In this document: in pieces, positions 8,145 through 17,207 of the stretch
How the letters are laid out: every line of letters starts with the position of its first letter
Position numbering within the stretch: the stretch's first letter is position 1
Source of the DNA: an uncultured Actinomycetota bacterium
GTDB lineage: Bacteria; Actinomycetota; UBA4738
DNA: 64,000 nucleotides
Assembly: GCA_963781595.1 (NCBI GenBank)
Contig: CAWAGG010000006.1
Span: 1,690,107-1,754,106, forward strand
Direction: 5' to 3'
Program-made: the position numbers and the translations under genes
Notes under the pieces: model-generated
The model's input: the letters and a program-made list of their open reading frames with translations, nothing else
Told to the model about the DNA's origin: nothing
Databases searched by the model: none

Positions 8145-9541
8145 CAGCGCACCTCCTCCAGGCCCAGCACGTGCTCGACGATCTGGTCCTGCGGCGGGAG
8201 GATCCCGCCCATCCGGCGGACGTGGCTGATCGGCGGCGGCGCATGGACGTCGGCGTGGCTCAGGGCGAGGCGCAGTTCGTCCTCGAGCTGACCGCTGCTC
8301 GCCTCGACCACGACCATCCGTTCGGTCCGGGGCAGCAGGGTGAGCAGGGCGTCGATCGGGAACGGCCACAGGGTGATCGGTCGGAAGAGCCCGACCTTCA
8401 GGCCCCGGCCGCGCAGCTCCGCGATCGCGCCCTTCGCGAGCTGGGCGGGCGTGTTGCAGGCGACGAGGAGGACGTCGGCGTCGTCGCACCGGTACAGGTC
8501 GGCGCGTTGCTCGACGGCGTCCATCCGCGCGTACTTCTCGTTCAGGTGGACGTTGTGCCGTTCGAGGTCCACCTCGGACAGGAGGATCGAACAGATCAGG
8601 TTGCCCCGATGCGAGCGGTCGCCGAACACCGCCCACTCGGGGATCCCCGGCGCCACGATCTGCCGCGGCAGTCGGACCTTCCCGGTCATCTGACCCAGGT
8701 AGCCGTCACCGAGGATCACCACAGGGTTCCGGTACCGGAACGCGAGGTCGAACGCGACGATCGCGAGGTCGAGCATCTCCTGCGGCGTCGCCGGGGCCAG
8801 CACGATCGCGTGGGTGTTCCCGTGGCCAAGTCCCCGGCACGCGAGCTTGATGTCCGACTGCTCGGGCCCGATGTTGCCCAGGCCAGGGCCGCCGCGCATC
8901 ACGTCGACGAACACGGCGGGAACCTCGGAACCGACCATGTACGAGATCCCCTCGAGCATCAGGCTGAAGCCCGGGGAGCTCGTGAACGTCATGCACCGCA
9001 CCCCGGCCCCGCCGGCCCCGTACATCATGTTCACGGTCGCGACCTCGCTGACCGCCTGGACGAACACGCCGTCGAGCTCGGGTAGGACCTTCGCCATCAG
9101 CTCGGAGCCCTCGGTCGACGGCGTGATCGGATAGCCGTAGACGTGGCGGCAGCCGGCGAGCAACGCACCGACCGCGGCCGCGTAGGTCCCCTTGATGATG
9201 AGCGGCTCGCGTTCGGGGAGCGGGATCGTGACGTCCGGCCGCGGCTCAGGGACGGGCGCGTCGAAGGGCCGCGGGCCCAGGAGCGTGGCCGGGTCCACCA
9301 GCTCGAACGCCGCCTCCTCGCCCTGCGGCCGCAGGCCATAGGGCTCCGGGCAGGCGCTGATGCACAGACCGCAACCGTTGCAGTGCGTGAGGTCGAGCAC
9401 GACCGGGGTCAGCCCGGTCCGCGGGTCGATCTCGGTCCCCATCCTGATGCAATCCCACGGGCACGAGCCGATGCAGCGCCCGCAGCCCTTGCAGTACTCG
9501 GGGAGGACGAAGGGTCTGGGTCGTTCGGCCACGGTGGTCAT
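8144..9541 (-). CDS. 2-oxoacid:ferredoxin oxidoreductase, fused delta (2x[4Fe-4S] ferredoxin) and alpha subunits
   Basis: The N-terminus carries two CxxCxxCxxxCP motifs (CKGCGRCIGSCP, CNGCGLCISACP). An alpha-type domain follows (IKGTYAAAVGALLAGCRHVYGYPITPSTE..). Confidence 0.85.
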   Translation of the reverse strand: MTTVAERPRPFVLPEYCKGCGRCIGSCPWDCIRMGTEIDPRTGLTPVVLDLTHCNGCGLCISACPEPYGLRPQGEEAAFELVDPATLLGPRPFDAPVPEPRPDVTIPLPEREPLIIKGTYAAAVGALLAGCRHVYGYPITPSTEGSELMAKVLPELDGVFVQAVSEVATVNMMYGAGGAGVRCMTFTSSPGFSLMLEGISYMVGSEVPAVFVDVMRGGPGLGNIGPEQSDIKLACRGLGHGNTHAIVLAPATPQEMLDLAIVAFDLAFRYRNPVVILGDGYLGQMTGKVRLPRQIVAPGIPEWAVFGDRSHRGNLICSILLSEVDLERHNVHLNEKYARMDAVEQRADLYRCDDADVLLVACNTPAQLAKGAIAELRGRGLKVGLFRPITLWPFPIDALLTLLPRTERMVVVEASSGQLEDELRLALSHADVHAPPPISHVRRMGGILPPQDQIVEHVLGLEEVR

Positions 9542-9681
9542 GGCGTCACCTCGGCTCCACCGTACTAAGGTGACCCCGTTCGATCAGGACCCCTCGGACG
9601 TGCTCAGCGGGACCGAAAGACCCCTGTCGATCGCGGGACACCGGGCTGGCGTCCGAGGCCGTGCGGAGCATGCGTCGCGGC

Positions 9682-9972
9682 TCAGGTCGCCATGGCCTGG
9701 AGGCACTCGGACATCTCGACGACCGGGTAGCCTTCGATCGTGCTGATGCCGAGGGCCTCGATGCGCGTCCGGGCCTTCCGCGCGCAGATCCTGTCGGGGT
9801 AGGTCGCCACCGAGACGAACCGATAGGGCCCGCCGTTGAAGGCCCAGATGCCCTCCGTCGTGCCGCCGAAGGATCCCACGATCCGCATGATCTGCGCCGC
9901 GCGATCATCGTCGCCCTCGGGTCCGTCCGGCTCTTCCGCTGAGACCCGGATCAAGGTCACGTTCCGTTCCAC
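9682..9972 (-). CDS. GYD-domain small protein
   Basis: The 96-aa C-terminal portion of track ORF 9682..10890 (..VTLIRVSAEE..IMRIVGSFGGTTEGIWAFNGGPYRFVSVATYPD..ARTRIEALGISTIEGYPVVE) matches the GYD family pattern. GTG at 9972 is preceded by GGAAGGGGGA. The rest of the 402-aa ORF is antisense to the HEAT-repeat gene. Confidence 0.55.
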   Translation of the reverse strand: MERNVTLIRVSAEEPDGPEGDDDRAAQIMRIVGSFGGTTEGIWAFNGGPYRFVSVATYPDRICARKARTRIEALGISTIEGYPVVEMSECLQAMAT

Positions 9973-10089
9973 GGGTCCCCCTTCCGACTCGGCCCACGGC
10001 GCACATCCCCGCCGTCGGTTCGACCTTAGCGGGATGCTCGATACCCTTGGAGGGCCGAAGGACACTCCGTCTCCGGGACGAGGCCGACC

Positions 10090-10842
10090 GTGACCAAGGT
10101 GGAGGACTACCGACGCGAGCTCGAGGCTCTGGATGACTGGGAGCCGTTCCTCCTCGCCGGGTCCGGACTCCCGGGGCCGAGGGGGAACATCGAGCTCGGC
10201 CAGGCGGCGGCCGACGTCGGCACGCCGGAGCGGTTCGATCGTCTCCTGCGATGGACCCCCGACCGTGCGCCGGTCGGGTCGCGGGAGGAGTTCCTGGCGT
10301 TCTGCGGAACCGTCGGCCTCGGCCGGCTGGCGGCAGAGGGCAACGCGGACGTGCTTCCCAGGCTGCGGGAGCTGGCCTCGGATCCGAGGTGGCGGGTCCG
10401 CGAGGGGGTCGCGATGGCGCTCCAGCGCCTCGGCGCCGTCGACATGGAGGCGCTCCTGGGCGAGATGCACGCGTGGGCGGAGGGGAACGACTACGAGCGG
10501 CGCGCGGCCGCGGCGGCGCTCTGCGAGCCGGTCCTCCTGCGGCGCGAGGAGGACGTTCGCGACGTCCTCGGGATCCTCGATGGGATCACGGCGGACCTGT
10601 CGCGCTCGGCCGATCGCAGGAGCGACGGGTTCCGGGCGCTCCGGAAGGGCTTGGCGTACTGCTGGAGCGTCGCCGTCGCGGCGGCACCGGCAGCCGGCCG
10701 CCCCCTGATGGAGCGGTGGATGCGCAGCGACGATCCGGATGTCCGGTGGGTGATGAAGCTGAACCTCTCGAAGAAGCGACTCGCGGCGGCCGGGGCGGAC
10801 TGGGTCGCTGCGTGGCAGACGAGGCTCGCCGCGGGTGGCTGA
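10090..10842 (+). CDS. HEAT/armadillo-like repeat protein (AlkD-like fold family), function unknown
   Basis: 250-aa ORF with a GTG start and good codon bias. It shows repeated helical units of the form ..LASDPRWRVREGVAMALQRLG.. and ..MRSDDPDVRWVMKLNLSKKRL.. The call is by pattern only. Confidence 0.45.
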   Translation: MTKVEDYRRELEALDDWEPFLLAGSGLPGPRGNIELGQAAADVGTPERFDRLLRWTPDRAPVGSREEFLAFCGTVGLGRLAAEGNADVLPRLRELASDPRWRVREGVAMALQRLGAVDMEALLGEMHAWAEGNDYERRAAAAALCEPVLLRREEDVRDVLGILDGITADLSRSADRRSDGFRALRKGLAYCWSVAVAAAPAAGRPLMERWMRSDDPDVRWVMKLNLSKKRLAAAGADWVAAWQTRLAAGG

Positions 10843-10987
10843 ACCATCGCCGCGCAGGACGACGTCCCGAGAGCCAGGACGGGCGGTCATCGCTGGGCTT
10901 CGAGGCGTGGGCAGCGGACCCGGCCAGCCAGCCCAGATCGCGGCTCCGTCGCGTCCCGTGCGCCGATCCCCGGCGTGAGGTGGTGCG

Positions 10988-11620
10988 TCACCTCGGCTGC
11001 GATCTTGCCGGCGGTTCCCCGCGAGGCACCGCCAGCCCGAGTCGATCGAGTTCGACCCGTGCGAGCGTCTCGTAGCGGCCCTGCCGGATGTCCTCCCAGG
11101 GGTCCGCGGAGATCGCGCGCAGGTCTCGGTACGAGAGGTCGTCGACCGCCTGGAGCGCGAGGTATTCCCAGACGCCGGGGTCGTTCGCCGTCAACGCGGC
11201 GCGCAAGGCGGCGCGCTCGCGTTCGACCCCGACGCGAAGGGGGATCCAGACGGCGAGCACCGGCAGGGTCGGGAGCAGGGCGAGGAGGATGCCGACGGCG
11301 AGCGCGGCCTTCCACACCGCCGCCTTGCCGTTGCGGCCCTGCTGCGCCGTCGATGCGCCGAGCGCGTCGATCTTGTCCGCCACGGCGCCGATGCTCCCGC
11401 CGATGATCGGCGTATCCGCCAACCCGCCGATCGCGTCGCCGACCCCCGAGACGCTGTCGCCGGCGCTGATCAGGCCGTCTCCCAGCGTCCCGAGATGGTT
11501 GATGCGCTTCGTCGCCGCGATCCCGAGCAGCAGGCAGAGCACCACCCACCCGATCACCAGGCAGTCGATCACCACGATCCGCCGGTGGCTCATCCGCTGG
11601 AGCATGCCGTGGCCCTCCAT
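10988..11620 (-). CDS. Hypothetical membrane protein
   Basis: 210-aa ORF with two clear hydrophobic segments (IVVIDCLVIGWVVLCLLLGIAA; AALAVGILLALLPTLPVLAVWI) and a Gly-rich loop. No recognisable family. The start may be the internal ATG at 11605. Confidence 0.5.
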   Translation of the reverse strand: MEGHGMLQRMSHRRIVVIDCLVIGWVVLCLLLGIAATKRINHLGTLGDGLISAGDSVSGVGDAIGGLADTPIIGGSIGAVADKIDALGASTAQQGRNGKAAVWKAALAVGILLALLPTLPVLAVWIPLRVGVERERAALRAALTANDPGVWEYLALQAVDDLSYRDLRAISADPWEDIRQGRYETLARVELDRLGLAVPRGEPPARSQPR

Positions 11621-11733
11621 CCGGTCCGCCCGGATCCGAGCCGGGACGCCGAGCCATCAGCGATCGATGGCGCCGCCGTGATAGTAGATGAGGTCGACCG
11701 AACCACCGGAGGGCCGAGCACCGAGGAGGTGCG

Positions 11734-12744
11734 GTGGCAGAGCACCCCGAGCCGTGGGTCGAGCTGTCGAGGATGGCCGACCTGATCACGCCCATGGCGG
11801 TTCGCGTGGCGGCCACCCTCCGGGTCTCCGACCGCATCGCTTCGGGCCCGCGGACCGCGTCGCAGCTCGCCGAGGAGGTCGACGCCGACGGCGACGCGCT
11901 CGAGCGGCTGCTGCGGCACCTCGCCCACGTCGGTGTCGTGGATCGCGATGCCTCGGGCCGGTACACGCTCGCACCCCGAGGTGAAGCGCTCCGTGACGAT
12001 CACGCGTACGGGCTGCGTGCGAGGTTCGACATCGAAGGCGCGATCGGTCGCGCGGACCTGTCGTTCGTCCAGCTGCTGCACAGCGTGCGCACGGGCGAAC
12101 CCGCCTTCCCGCAGCAGTTCGGCCGCCCCTTCTGGGACGACCTCTCCTCGGACGTCCGACGCTCGACGTCGTTCGCCGACGAGATGGGCGCCGACGCGAC
12201 CGAGTGGGCGCGCGCCATCGTGCCGGCCTTCGACTGGGGTTCGCTCGGGCACGTCGTCGACGTCGGTGGCGGGAACGGATCGCTGCTGGTGGCCCTGCTG
12301 AACGCGCACCCGGACCTGCGTGGCACGGTCGTCGAGCTGCCGGTTCCCGCCGACGAGGCTCGCGGGGTGTTCGCCCGGGCCGGTCTCGCCGACCGGGCCG
12401 ACGCGGTGGCCGGAAGCTTCTTCGATCCGCTGCCGGCCGGTGCGCGCGGCTACCTGCTCTCGGCGGTCCTGCACAACTGGGACGACGAGCGGGCGCGTGC
12501 GATCCTCCGTCGGTGCGCGGAGGCGGCGGGCGCCGACAGCTCGGTGTTCGTCATCGAGAAGACCGGCGCGGACGGCCGCTCGTGGAGCACGGCGATGGAT
12601 CTGCGGGGCTTGGCGTACTTCGGCGGGCGGGAACGCGGGCTCGACGAGCTGACGATCCTGGCGGGAGACGCGGGGCTCCGCGTGGCGGCCGTGCACCCCG
12701 CCGGCGACACGCCGGTCGTCCAACTCCGCGCCGGCGAAGGCTGA
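11734..12744 (+). CDS. Class I SAM-dependent O-methyltransferase (COMT/family-2 type with N-terminal dimerisation/winged-helix domain)
   Basis: SAM-binding motif VVDVGGGNGSL is present, and downstream ..LSAVLHNWDDERARAILRRC.. is typical of O-methyltransferase family 2. Confidence 0.85.
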   Translation: MAEHPEPWVELSRMADLITPMAVRVAATLRVSDRIASGPRTASQLAEEVDADGDALERLLRHLAHVGVVDRDASGRYTLAPRGEALRDDHAYGLRARFDIEGAIGRADLSFVQLLHSVRTGEPAFPQQFGRPFWDDLSSDVRRSTSFADEMGADATEWARAIVPAFDWGSLGHVVDVGGGNGSLLVALLNAHPDLRGTVVELPVPADEARGVFARAGLADRADAVAGSFFDPLPAGARGYLLSAVLHNWDDERARAILRRCAEAAGADSSVFVIEKTGADGRSWSTAMDLRGLAYFGGRERGLDELTILAGDAGLRVAAVHPAGDTPVVQLRAGEG

Positions 12745-12877
12745 CCGGGTTCCTCTCAGGAAGGAGACCGCGGACGGCGAACGGCACGCTGTCGGAGACG
12801 CCGCTACACGGCGACATCCGACTATCGGGGCGACGCCGGCTGTCGTGGCGGCCGGGCGCCACGCGGCTCGGGCGCCC

Positions 12878-13186
12878 TCAATCGGCGAGCACGCGGAGCT
12901 GCACGCTGAACCGGTCCGTCGCGTCCTGCTCCCAGCTCCGCCGCTGCTGGAGTTGGAGCGTCACGACCCCGGGCCGAACCGCTTCGAACCCGAGGATCCG
13001 GTTGCCCCCCGCCCCTCGCGGTTCATCCGCGCCGTCGTAGCGATCGTCGGTCTGCTGGAGCTCGGGAGGCAGCGCGTCGACGTGCCACCGGTACCCGGTC
13101 GTCGGACGCTCCGGCAACGTGATCTCGATCCGCTCGCCGACCCGCACGGGATGCTCCGAGCCCGCATCCTGATACCGCAGCTCCAT
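12878..13186 (-). CDS. Chagasin-family cysteine-peptidase inhibitor (MEROPS I42)
   Basis: 102 aa counted from the internal ATG (MELRYQDAG..). The three inhibitory loop motifs occur in order: RPTTGYRW (NPTTG-type), GAGG (GxGG) and RSW (RPW-type). There is no N-terminal signal sequence. Confidence 0.75.
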   Translation of the reverse strand: MELRYQDAGSEHPVRVGERIEITLPERPTTGYRWHVDALPPELQQTDDRYDGADEPRGAGGNRILGFEAVRPGVVTLQLQQRRSWEQDATDRFSVQLRVLAD

Positions 13187-13307
13187 GCCGCGGCGAAGTC
13201 TACCCAAATCGACGACACCGGCGTATCGTGGCCGACCTGGGCGATCCGGGCAGATCGCCCACGGGGCCGGCGCAGCCGCCCAACCTGCGCCGGAAGGGAG
13301 GTGTCGG

Positions 13308-14087
13308 ATGGGCACGTTCAGCGTCGGGGTCCTCGACTCCGGGTTCGTCTACGTGAAGTTCGACGAGGTCGCCCGGGAGGGCGCGCGTCTCGGCCGCCAC
13401 CTGTGGCTGGACGGCCGCAGCGTCGCCCACATGATCGAGAACAGCGTCGAGGCGATGGGTCACCACTACCAGTCCCAGGAGTGGGAACGCGTGCTCGGCA
13501 TCCTCGACCAGGGCCAGCTCGGCTCGTGCACGGGGAACGCCGGAACCGGGGCCCTCGGGACGGAGCCGTTCTACACCGCCGTCGGAAAGGGGGTCCTGCC
13601 GGCGCCCGACGACACGGCCGGCGCGGAGGACTTCGCCGTCCAGCTGTACGCGGACGCCACCGTCATCGACGGCTATCCCGGTGTGTACCCGCCCGATGAC
13701 ACGGGGTCCTCGGGGCTCGCGATCTGCAAGGTCCTCAAGCACCGTGGAGCCATCCCGAAGTACCGGTGGGCCCGGTCGGCCTACGGCTTCGTCCGCCTGC
13801 TGCAGGACGGACCGGTGTTGCAGGGCATGCCCTGGTACAACGCGTTCTTCGACCCGGACGGTGACGGGTTCATCGACTCGGATCCGTACTGGTCGAGCAG
13901 CGGGCTGGCCGGCGGTCACGAGGTCGAGGCGCTGGGCGTCGAGCTGGACGACAACGACGTCCTCGACAGCGTGATCCTCTACGCGAACAGCTGGAGCGAG
14001 AGCTGGGGCGACGCGGGCCGGTTCAGGATGCGGCTGCGGACGTACGAAGCGATGCACAACGTCGACCTCAAGCAGTTCGTGATCTGA
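13308..14087 (+). CDS. Papain-like cysteine peptidase (MEROPS family C1)
   Basis: ATG 13308 is preceded by GGAAGGGAGG. The catalytic set is DQGQLGSCTGNAG (Gln/Cys), GGHEVEALG (His) and NSWSESWGDAGRFRM (Asn/Trp block). There is no signal peptide. Confidence 0.8.
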   Translation: MGTFSVGVLDSGFVYVKFDEVAREGARLGRHLWLDGRSVAHMIENSVEAMGHHYQSQEWERVLGILDQGQLGSCTGNAGTGALGTEPFYTAVGKGVLPAPDDTAGAEDFAVQLYADATVIDGYPGVYPPDDTGSSGLAICKVLKHRGAIPKYRWARSAYGFVRLLQDGPVLQGMPWYNAFFDPDGDGFIDSDPYWSSSGLAGGHEVEALGVELDDNDVLDSVILYANSWSESWGDAGRFRMRLRTYEAMHNVDLKQFVI

Positions 14088-14158
14088 GGCCAGGCGCGCG
14101 CCATCGCCTGCAGGCGCCTTGCGTGGCAAGGGTGAGCGCATGTAGCCTCCCGGCCTCG

Positions 14159-15078
14159 ATGGGGTTCGTCCAGCCGCAGTTCGGGATCTTCGCGCAGGGG
14201 ACGCTCGCGCATCACTTCCTGGAATTCGACCTCCGTGGCGGCGTCACGCCGACGCAGGCCGTCGCGTCGTTCCGCCGTCTCCGGGCGCCAGAGGTTTCCG
14301 CCGGTGGGGTGAACCTCGTGATCGCGTTCCGGCCCGAGGTGTGGCGACAGGTCGCGCCGACGCACGCCCCCGCGTCGATGGAAGCGTTCACCGAGATCGT
14401 TGGGCCGGACGGCCGGAAGGCGCCGGCCACCCAGCACGACGCGTGGATGTGGATCTCCGGCGGCGCACCCGACGTGACGTTCGACCACGCCCGGGCGGCG
14501 GCGCGGACGGTCGGCGACGTCGCGAAGCTCGCGGCCGAGCAGGCGGGCTTCACGTACCACGAGGGCCGGGACATCACCGGGTTCGTGGACGGCACCGCGA
14601 ACCCACCGGTGCGCCGCGCCGCGGACGTCGCGCTGGTTCCCGGGGGGAGCCGGGCGAGGGAGGTAGCCACGTCATCGCGATGCGGTGGGTCCACAACCTC
14701 GCCGCGTTCCACCGGCTGCCCGTCCCAGACCAGGAGCGCGTCATCGGTCGGACGAAGCCGGACAGCGTCGAGTTCAGCGACGACGAGAAGCCCGAGGATG
14801 CGCACATCGCGCGCGTCGAGGTCGAGGTCGACCGCCAGGAGCTCGAGATCTTCCGCCGGAGCGTCCCGTACGGGAACGTGCGGGAGCACGGCCTGTACTT
14901 CGTCGCGTTCAGCGCCGATCCCGGGCGCTTCGACCGGATGCTCGCTCGCATGTTCGGGACCGATAGGGACGGGATCCACGATCGTCTGACGGACTTCTCG
15001 CACCCGGTGAGCGGCGGGTATTACTTCGCGCCATCGCTGAACGCCCTCAACGAACTGGCCGGCCCCGAGGACGACTGA
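14159..15078 (+). pseudogene. DyP-type peroxidase (YfeX/EfeB-like) with a broken reading frame (pseudogene or sequencing error)
   Basis: The N-terminal part is in the frame of ORF 14123..14989 (..GFVDGTANP..). The C-terminal part is in the frame of ORF 14341..15078 (..GGSHVIAMRWVHNLAAFHRLPVPDQERVIGRTK..GLYFVAFSADP..YYFAPS). The frames switch at a G6 run (14642-14647). The total length of 920 nt is one short of a multiple of 3. Confidence 0.8.
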
Positions 15079-15220
15079 CCCAAACTCGTGAGCGCGGACA
15101 TCCTGACGAGATGGCCGGTCGCGGTCGAGATCGAGGTTCGGCCCGAGGACGTCGGCGCTCCGGGAAGAGCTGATCGCGATGGAGGCGAACGCCCGGCACT
15201 ACGGCTGAACGCAGCTTCGG

Positions 15221-16492
15221 CTACGCGGCGACGAACGTCTCCCACCAGCGCAGCAGCCGTTCGCGCTGGTGGCCGGGGACCATCACGATGTGGTTCCCGA
15301 GCGGTGAGGAGAGCAGCTCGCGCACGTCCGATCCGATCAGGCGAACGTCCAGCTGCGTTCGGCACAGGTCGTCGCGCGCCTGGGTCCGCAGGCCGTCGCC
15401 CTCCGCGATCCACAGGTCCCGCATGTCCGCCCCGCCGATCCGGATGAGCGTGACCGGACCCGGCGCCAGGTCCCCTTCGATCCCGACGCTCAGTCCGGAC
15501 TCGAAGTGCGTGCGGACCCGGTACGAGCTGACGCCCGTGAGCGGCACGGTGCAGTGCGCCAGGCGAACCACGTTCAGCGTCGGGTCGATCTGCGCGGGGT
15601 TCGCCATCCATGGGAGTGTGCCGAGGAGCCGCCGCACCCAGAGCATCGCGACGGTGCTGACGAGGTCGCCCTCGCACCCGGCCACGACGCCGTCGTCGTT
15701 CAGCTGCGCGAACGCGAGACAGCTCGACGTGTTCAGCTCCCGGATCAGGTCGAAGCACCGGACCGCGATCGCGTCGAGCCGCTCGCGTTCGACGATCGCT
15801 CGGAGCGCGGGATAGACGCTTGCCGCGTCCAGGATCTGCGGCTCGCCGGGTCCGGACACCGCGACCCGAACCGCCGTCCCCATCGCGCCGGCGGCGAACG
15901 ACCCCGCGAGCGAGACGGCCCGCTCCGTGAGCTCGAGCGGCGCGTCGAGGATCGAAGCCCCGAGGTCGATCGGGACGACCTCAGGCCCCCACGCATCGCG
16001 GACCGTCGCACCGGACGGACTGCTCGCGACGAGCCAGTCGGACGGGTCCCCGACGAGCCCGATCCTGGCCCGGCGGAGCTCCCGCCACGTCGTGGCATCG
16101 TGCACGGCGTCCTCGACGACCCGGATCTCCCCGGCGTCGTGCGCGTCGCGTACGTAGACGATCCGGCCCCGCCCGCGCAGCTGATGGATCCGGGCGAGGG
16201 CCTCCATCGCCGCGGGCAACGAGTTCTGCCCCGGGTGGGCGACGATGATCGCCGGCGCCCCCGCCTCGGCCCGCTGGATCGCCTCCCATGCTGAGAGCGC
16301 GCTGCGCTCGGTGCCCCCGGTCAACGCGACCATGACGAGTGGTTCGCCCGCGACGACCGCCCCGTCGGCGTCCGGGGCGACCTCGTGACCACCGATCGAT
16401 CCGAGCGCCACCTCGACCGGATCTCGGAGCCGTGCGAGCGCGGCTCCCTCGTGCATCGGCGAGGCCAGGAACAAGTACCCGAATCGATCCAT
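15221..16492 (-). CDS. L-fucose/L-arabinose isomerase-like sugar isomerase family protein
   Basis: 423 aa from MDRFGYLFLASPMH... The overall pattern (..RIGLVGDPS..; ..AIAVRCFD..; ..VAGCEGDL..; ..LAHCT..; ..GNHIVMVPGH) resembles COG2407-type isomerases. No sugar kinase or transporter lies nearby. Confidence 0.5.
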   Translation of the reverse strand: MDRFGYLFLASPMHEGAALARLRDPVEVALGSIGGHEVAPDADGAVVAGEPLVMVALTGGTERSALSAWEAIQRAEAGAPAIIVAHPGQNSLPAAMEALARIHQLRGRGRIVYVRDAHDAGEIRVVEDAVHDATTWRELRRARIGLVGDPSDWLVASSPSGATVRDAWGPEVVPIDLGASILDAPLELTERAVSLAGSFAAGAMGTAVRVAVSGPGEPQILDAASVYPALRAIVERERLDAIAVRCFDLIRELNTSSCLAFAQLNDDGVVAGCEGDLVSTVAMLWVRRLLGTLPWMANPAQIDPTLNVVRLAHCTVPLTGVSSYRVRTHFESGLSVGIEGDLAPGPVTLIRIGGADMRDLWIAEGDGLRTQARDDLCRTQLDVRLIGSDVRELLSSPLGNHIVMVPGHQRERLLRWWETFVAA

Positions 16493-16721
16493 CTCGGAGC
16501 CTCCTCGTGCTGACGATCGCCACTGCAGCACGGCGGCGGCGCGTGCACACCGGCAGAACGGCCCCGACCCGCACCGCCGTCCGGCCCAGGGCGCGCCGAA
16601 CGGAGGCCGCCGACTGCCGCGGTGGTCCCGCTGTCAGGGTGCCGGCCGGCCCTGCGGTCGAGCGGCGACCGGGCGTACGGTGACCGGCGGAGCAGCCTGA
16701 CCACGGAAGGAGGAGGCAGGC

Positions 16722-17183
16722 ATGGCCTACGAGATCGAACTGCGGGAGTTGCCGGTCCAACCGACCGTCGTGATCCGCGCGACCGCTTCGCCATCGAAGC
16801 TTCCGGCGCTGTTCGGCGAATCGATCGGCGCGCTCCACGGGTACCTCGCGTCGCTCGGGATCCAACCGGCGGGCCCGCCCTTCGCGAGGTACTTCGAGTT
16901 CCGCGAGGATTCGATCGACCTGGAGATCGGGCTCCCGGTGCCGGCTGCGGTCGCGGGCCTCGGGGACATCGAAGCGAGCGCGCTGCCGGCGGGTCGTGTC
17001 GCGTTGACCTGGCACATCGGGCCGTACGAGGCGCTCCCGGAGGCGTACGCCGCGATCGAAGCGTGGATCGCGGACCATGGCCTCGCGAGCGCCGGTCCGA
17101 TATGGGAGGTCTACTGGTCGGACCCTCAGGCGGAGCCCGATCCCGCGCACTGGTGCACCCAGATGATGCAGCCGGTCGCGTGA
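16722..17183 (+). CDS. GyrI-like small-molecule-binding domain protein
   Basis: 153 aa. ..VVIRATASPSKLPALFGESIGALHGYLASLGIQPAGPPFARYF.. and ..GPIWEVYWSDP.. are typical of the GyrI/AraC-effector-binding fold. Confidence 0.7.
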   Translation: MAYEIELRELPVQPTVVIRATASPSKLPALFGESIGALHGYLASLGIQPAGPPFARYFEFREDSIDLEIGLPVPAAVAGLGDIEASALPAGRVALTWHIGPYEALPEAYAAIEAWIADHGLASAGPIWEVYWSDPQAEPDPAHWCTQMMQPVA

Positions 17184-17207
17184 GGGGCACCCGCGGGCGC
17201 CGCTCGA

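Noticed and set aside
9545-9574. A 7-bp inverted repeat (GTCACCT..AGGTGAC, 16-nt loop) overlapping the SD of the oxidoreductase delta-alpha gene, as a possible translational control hairpin
   Set aside because: The stem is short, is expected by chance in this composition, and has no supporting covariation available. It is not reported as a feature.
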